DNA of 55,432 nt from Octopus bimaculoides (taxonomy: Eukaryota). The notes under the pieces are model-generated. The model searched no databases. It was not told the DNA's origin and saw only the letters and a list, made by a program, of their open reading frames with translations. The DNA is taken from NCBI RefSeq assembly GCF_001194135.2, contig NC_068982.1, forward strand, positions 48,525,519 to 48,580,950, written 5' to 3'. How positions within the stretch are numbered: position 1 is the first letter of the stretch; each line of letters starts with the position of its first letter. Below, piece after piece: positions 49,475-55,432 of this stretch. The position numbers were made by a program, and so were the translations under genes.

Positions 49475-49756
49475 TATATATTATGAAATTTATTGTATTT
49501 TGTTATATGCATGGTTCCACTGGTCTAGAAAAAAAACTGTTTTGCATGAAACACCATAGTCCATGGTGCCAAAAAAAGGGTAGGGGACCACTTCCTTTCT
49601 GGATATCAACAACATATGACAAATTTGAAAAGTCTGTCTTGAGCATACATGGTCATTAGGCTAGAGATTATTCTAGTTTCCATGACATGTAAATGGCAAA
49701 GAGTACCAAATACACAACTGAAAGGGACACCAAATCCATTGCAGAGTTAACTCTGG

Positions 49757-49812
49757 GCTGTTGAACTTGAGCTGTTGAACTTGAGCTGTTGAACTTGAGC
49801 TGTTGAACTTGA
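49757..49812. repeat. 14-bp minisatellite (GCTGTTGAACTTGA)x4
   Basis: Four perfect units. Confidence 0.95.
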
Positions 49813-50040
49813 GCTATTGTTGGTACTCATTTTCAGCTGAATGAATTGAAGCAATGCATAATGAATCATCTTACTCAAGACTGCAATGCAATACTTGTCC
49901 AGCAACCATATGATCACAAGCATAGCAACCTAATTCCTGTGACACATACCATCACTTATATGTGAAGGAATCTGTATATGTATTTTGATTATATACATTC
50001 TTTTCTGAATACATGCAAAGCATACATCTATATCTCCATA

Positions 50041-50168
50041 TCATACATACATACGTACGTACGTACGTACGTACATACATACTTTCGTACATACATACGT
50101 ACGTACATACATATATACATACGTACATACATACGTACATACATATGTACATACATACATACATATAT
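50041..50168. repeat. (CATA/CGTA)n tetranucleotide repeat
   Basis: Directly visible. Confidence 0.95.
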
Positions 50169-50838
50169 ATGCCAACAGAATAGAGCCTTGTAATTTCAAA
50201 ACAGCTTTCCAGTCTGATGATTTATTGACTGAGCTAATGTGATGTGTGTTCACTCAACCATTATAAAGGTCATCAAAAGCAGATAATCATCAATAATTTG
50301 AATACAGACATTGATCCTAGATATACTGGATATAACATATGAATATTGAGCAGTTAAGAAGTATTCAGTAATTAACTAATGATTAATCATTTTAAAATAT
50401 TTAGCAACGCATTAAAATCCGTTTCTTCTGTGACAGAAAACTGGATTCATAGAAAATATACTTATGTTTCAATTAATATCGTTATCATAGAGTGTTATTA
50501 AATGTACTTTTCCCCATAAACCATACTATGTAATCAACTATATACATATAAAAATACTTAGTTTTTTTAGCAAAGATTGTTCCAAATTAAGATCCAAGTT
50601 AAAATCAAAGATGAAAAAATAAAGCAAAGAGTATATGACCAAGCTAATTATAATTTAAATTAACCAAAACATTTATTAAAATTTATAAAATAAGAGAGAT
50701 ATATCGATGGGGAGGAGAGGTAGCTACCAATATTTGGGGTAAGGGCTCTTCTTTGAAAAAATTTTTCTCATTTCTTCAAAGAGAGAACCTGCCCAAAATG
50801 TCAGAACAGTAATAAAAATATTGAGCCAATGATTACAT

Positions 50839-51089
50839 CAGTGGTTCTCAACCATCTTTTTCCTATGGATCCCTTTTGTTCTTATTTTACTCAGATGGAC
50901 CCTACTGGTCATTTGATGTTGAAAAAATGTTATATTTGTATAATTAGATATTATTAGGTTTTGTATAAAAATATTATCAAAATATTTTGTGTATTGTACA
51001 AGTGTAAGGAATTTATTGCAGATAAATTTTAACAGCAAAATCTTATATGGACCCTGAATGGTCATATGGACTCCAGTTGAGAACTACTG
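50839..51089. mobile_element. hAT MITE
   Basis: TIRs CAGTGGTTCTCAAC / GTTGAGAACTACTG; TSD GATTACAT / GATTACAG. Confidence 0.9.
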
Positions 51090-52049
51090 GATTACAGAAG
51101 GCCATGGAAACCAGTGGCTACAAAGAAGGTTGACCCGTAAATTCTGAGATAGAAAATGATGCTATGCTTCTATATATTCTATTATTTGGAGAATTGTGAA
51201 GAAGAAACTGAAGACGATGGTGATGATTATAGAGAGAGTGGCAGATTCTAGATTTTTTGTTTAATAGTGAATGATGAGCTCAGGTTACAAGCACTTTCTA
51301 ACAGCACTCAAACTTATCATGGAAAGCAAACTTCTCACAGCAAATCATATTTCATGCAACTCATCATCAAACAGCTGGCTGTCTCATAATCGATTACATG
51401 AAAGGTAAAAGTTTGTGAAGTGTTTTACAGCTTCACTAAGCTAATATTTTACTATACTTTTGGTAACCAAATTCTGTTTTCTCCACCTTATTTTCACCCA
51501 TGTGTTCACACACTCACACACACAATGAACTTCCACACAATTTCTGTATACCAAATTTCTGCTTACTAAATGATTTCATTCTGGCCAATCAAAGATTATG
51601 GTAAGTAAAAGTCCTTTGTCCACTGCTCTATGCAATGACATCAACCTAAGAACTACAAAAACTGCAAAGTGAACTTCTTAACCATACAGCTGGAAATGGG
51701 TGAATGAGATTTAACTCATTCATTATGATATTTCTTTTGAAATACTCTTTGTTCATTTCAATTAATTACCATATTTTCCAGCATACAAACTGAATTTTCC
51801 CGACCAAAATTTAAACCCAAAAGAAGTAGGTCAACTTGTAGACCAAAATAACTTTGGCGGACCAAAAGTTTCATGTGAAATGTAATAGGATTTGGTAAGA
51901 TAGTGTCGATGTTTCAATGTTTACACTACATATTTATATTATATACTACATCAACTTGTATGCTAGAAAATACAATATGAAAATAAAGAAGAATTTAATA
52001 AAACTTTTCGTTGTTATAAAACTGGTGCTTGGAACATAAATTGACATAA

Positions 52050-52245
52050 AATTTTAGCACAGGGTCATCAATTTCGTGGGAAGGGATAAGTTGATTACAT
52101 TGACCCTAGTGTTCAACTGGTACTATTTTATTGAACCTAAAGGAATGAAAGGCAAAGTCAGCCTTGGTAGAATTTGAACTCAGGATGTTAAGACGGATGA
52201 AATACCACTAAGTAGTTTTTTCGGCCATGCCAACAACTCTGCCAA
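52050..52245 (-). mobile_element. SINE family D
   Basis: Shared conserved block. Confidence 0.75.
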
Positions 52246-52423
52246 CACTTGCTTGGAACATAAACTAGCACGAAGTTTTGATAGAAGGTTTTAATTAAGA
52301 TTATTCTAAAACAGTGACTGTGTCTCATAGAACCAGATGCATTTTCAGGCAGCTTAAGTGATTAAACTATGTCAGAATTCAATATATGTGACATATGTAT
52401 GTTAATGTAAATTTGTAAGGCTT

Positions 52424-52760
52424 GTGAAGGTGCATGGCTTAGTGGTTAGAGTGTTTGGCTCACAGTCATGAGATAGTGAGTTTGATTCCTAGACCGGGCT
52501 GTGTATTGAGTTCTTGAACAAGACATTTTATTTCACATTGCTCCAGTTCACTCAGCTGTTGAAATGGGTTGCAGCGTCACTAGTGCCAAGCTGTGTTGGC
52601 CTTTGCCTTTCTCTTGGATAACATCGGTGGTATGGAAAGAAGAAACTGATATGCATGGGCGACTGCTGGTTTTCCATTGATAATCTTGCCCAGACTTGTG
52701 CCTCAGAAGGTAACTTTCTAGGTGCAATCCCATGCTCATTCAATATTGAAGGGGGTCTTT
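52424..52760 (+). mobile_element. tRNA-derived SINE family A
   Basis: Collinear with 23988 and 33637. Confidence 0.88.
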
Positions 52761-53756
52761 ACCATTTACCCTATCTATTGATGTAGGGTTTCTTCAAATA
52801 CAGATTTATTCAAAAAAAAAAAAAAGATGATGCTAGTAATACATTATGCACTCTAGTTGCTTACATGCATACATGTAGTACAAGTTTGAATATGTGGATG
52901 TATTCAAGCATTTTGAGATTTTATTATACCTTTCATAGTTTTACGACATTACACTGAGTTATAATTGAGCTAGTTTTAAAGTTTGCTTTTATTACTCTAT
53001 CAAAATAATAACTACTAATTGCATTATTACATTTGATTAGAGTTAATGGCAAAACAGAAACTCTATAAAGTATAAAAATGCATACTTTAATATTACATCC
53101 ATTTTTTAATAAAAATATTTCCAAATAAAACAACATTTTTTATTTTGTTATAAGATACACAAAACACAAGTTTCCATCGTTTTTGTAATGTGTCTAATAA
53201 TACTGAGCATAGTATGAAGAGGATATTACATACTTGTTGATTGGGAATATTACTATACTAGTAGAAATCCACGCAGTGGGCAGAATTTCTGAAACTAACA
53301 ATGCTTCAAATTTTAGCACAAGGCCAGCAAGTTCTGGGGGAAGCAGGTAAGTCGGTTACATCAGTCCCAGTACTTCTGCTGGTATTTTTTTTATTGACAC
53401 TGAAAGGATGAATGGCAAGGTCAACCTCAGCAGAATAAATTCTTAGAAGGTAAGGTTGGATGAAATACCACTAAGCATTCTGCCAAATGTGCTAACAATT
53501 CTGCCAGCTCACTGTTCTATTTCTGCAACTAATAATCATTTCAAATTTTGGCACAAGGCCAACAATTTCGTTGATTGCATCGACCCCAGTGCTCAACTAG
53601 TACTCATTCTATCGACCCTAAAAGGGTGAAAGGCAAAGTTGACCTTGGCAGAATTGGAACTTAGAATGTTTGTTTACATATGATGTAATTTATATTACAT
53701 CTAGCATTTCTGGATGACTTTATAAGTTCTAAAATTACAGAAGAATTTGTCAGTAA

Positions 53757-53828
53757 AGCAGTTTAGCTTAGTGGTAGAACACTTGACTGGAAATCAAAGG
53801 GACGTGAATTCGATTCTCATAGCTGGTT
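53757..53828 (+). tRNA. tRNA-Cys-like pseudo-tRNA, anticodon GGA (copy 1)
   Basis: TAGCTTAGTGGTAGAAC D arm, TTGA-CTGGAAA-TCAA anticodon arm, TTCGATT T loop, T at position 73; body resembles eukaryotic tRNA-Cys (TAGCTCAGTGGTAGAGCATTTGACTGCAGATCAA). Confidence 0.6.
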
Positions 53829-54038
53829 GCTGACAAATTTTTCTGCTTTGTAAGGATTTTATCCTATACATGCTATTCTATCAGTATTTATGCATTGAAA
53901 AATATATCTTTCTACTTGTACTACAAGACATGTCAGTGCTTCAAAAACAAACTTAAGTTGCTTACATATGATGTAATTTATATTACATCTAGCGTTTGAT
54001 TTTATGAGTTCTAAAATTGCAGAAGAATTTGTCAGTAA

Positions 54039-54110
54039 AGCAGTTTAGCTTAGTGGTAGAGCACTTGACTGGAAATCAAAGGGGTGTGAATTCGATTCTC
54101 ATAGCTAGTT
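54039..54110 (+). tRNA. tRNA-Cys-like pseudo-tRNA, anticodon GGA (copy 2)
   Basis: As copy 1, with an intact D stem GCTT/GAGC but a weaker acceptor stem. Confidence 0.6.
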
Positions 54111-54546
54111 GCTGACAGATTTTTCTGCTCTGTAACGATTTTATCCTATATATGCTGTTCTATCAGTATTTACACATTGAAAAATATATCTTTCTACTTG
54201 TATTAGAATGTAAAGACAAACAAAATGCCATTACCCAGCATGTTAAGAATTCTGCCAGCATGCTGCCTTATTTATGCAACTAATAATGATAATCTACTAC
54301 AAACACAAGTCCTGAAATTTTGCAAGAGGGAGGCTAGTCATTTACATTGATACCAGGTACTTATTTTATTGGTACTTATTTTATTGACCTTAAAACAATG
54401 AAAGGTAAAATCAACCTCAGCAGAATTTGAACTTAGGTCATAAAGCTGGAAGAAATGCCACAAAGCACATTGTCCAATGTGTTAACAATTCTGCTTGCTC
54501 ACCGCCTTAATAATGATACCAATTTTTAATAATAACTACCCAATAG

Positions 54547-54601
54547 AGCATAACACGTGCTAGCCAATGGAGTGACAAGCAGAATTATAATATGATGTCA
54601 G
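54547..54601 (+). CDS. Candidate coding micro-exon (SITRASQWSDKQNYNMMS), phase 0 to 1
   Basis: CCCAATAG|AGC ATA...TCA G|GTATGG; open in the phase required by 45781-45825; the acceptor is weak. Confidence 0.45.
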
Positions 54602-55125
54602 GTATGGGTAACAATTATCAAAACATGAGTCGCATGAAACATGGCTCATCATCAGACAGGCCACACTACTTTTCATTAGGTATGCCATTCAAAAAGTCCC
54701 TCGGGCTACTGTTTATTCATATCTGATATAGTTAATCATGACTATAACATTGTTAATGATTAAGCTTTGATAATATTGCACTAATTGTGTGATATATTAT
54801 TGACTTGCCTTTGACCAAGAAAATTAGTAACATGTATGTATCCATTTGATATTGATTTAACCTACATTTCTACTAATCTGAGTATGGATCCCTCTAAGAT
54901 TGACTATGCCAGCCAACCTCACAGAAGTTAATAAAATAAGTACTGATAAAGTACTGAAGTCAATATAAATATTTCCTCTCCCATAATTTATGGCCTTATA
55001 CCTAAGTCAGAAACTAACATTTGTGAATTGGCAAAAGTTTATTCTGTGACAGACAGTTGGCAACAAAGACATTTGATGTTACAGCTTTAAATTCTCAGGT
55101 GTTTAATCATTTAGAGGAATATTTG

Positions 55126-55432
55126 AAGACTCGAGGTATTTCGTGTTGCAAGACAGTGTAGGAGAGAGAATAGTGATGTTGTAGGAGAGAAATGTGTTCG
55201 CATGGATGATGGTACGCTTGCATTAAATGAGGATGCAAAGAAAGAGGTCTGGAGATGCCACTACGATAGATTGCTTAATGAAGAGAATGAATGGGAGAAA
55301 GAGAGCCTGCTGTATGTCGACCCAATAGAGGGACCAGCTATCCGAGTTGATAGTACCAGGGTAGATAAAGCAATTAAGAGTATGAAGACCAGGAATCACT
55401 GCAGAGATGCTCAAAATATCTGGCAGTGTTGG
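55126..55432 (+). mobile_element. RTE-type LINE ORF2 fragment (EN-RT linker), runs off the window
   Basis: VFRVARQCRRENSDVVGEKCVRMDDG..KKEVWRCHYDRLLNEENEW..AIKSMKT/GITAEMLK; the KAPGP motif is deleted with a frameshift. Confidence 0.85.

Larger units (their letters stand above)
53670..54202 (+). mobile_element. Unclassified 533-bp insertion: two direct repeats of about 250 bp, a 37-bp spacer and a 9-bp TSD
   Basis: Units 53670-53920 and 53958-54202; TSD TTAGAATGT at 53661-53669 and 54203-54211. Confidence 0.8.
53305..54510 (-). mobile_element. Cluster of three SINE family D copies; the middle one is split by an insertion at 53670-54202
   Basis: GAATTGGAACTTAGAATGT stops at 53669 and resumes as TTAGAATGTAAAGACA at 54203. 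Confidence 0.75.

Noticed and set aside
54620-54660. Minus-strand CTGATGA-TGAG...CTCA
   Set aside because: No GAAA after the stem
1-55432. CRISPR arrays, rRNA genes, prokaryotic operons
   Set aside because: No repeat-spacer arrays, rRNA motifs or gene-dense segments; the sequence is eukaryotic intronic DNA

Overview
AT-rich, microsatellite-dense animal genomic DNA with five N-gaps. The repeat repertoire suggests an octopus or related coleoid (my inference from the repeat families, not checked). No long ORF in the track is a credible gene. Hand-tracing AG/GT boundaries gives a phase-consistent chain of very small + strand exons of one unidentified protein-coding gene spanning almost the whole window. 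Its introns hold tRNA-headed SINEs, RTE-like LINE fragments, decayed Penelope-like elements (RT and GIY-YIG), an internally deleted Tc1, and hAT, piggyBac and pogo-type MITEs. Three observations stand out. (1) Type I hammerhead ribozyme motifs: three well-formed ones (6007-6051, 7346-7451, 23322-23369) and three decayed ones. The first sits in a highly self-complementary 345-nt greater-than-unit-length repeat that looks like a retrozyme. (2) A 533-bp insertion with a 9-bp TSD carrying two tRNA-Cys-like cloverleaves with anticodon GGA, each on top of a roughly 19-bp hairpin (53670-54202). (3) The micro-exon gene itself. Everything was read by eye; no searches or folding programs were run, and the coordinates of decayed repeats are approximate.
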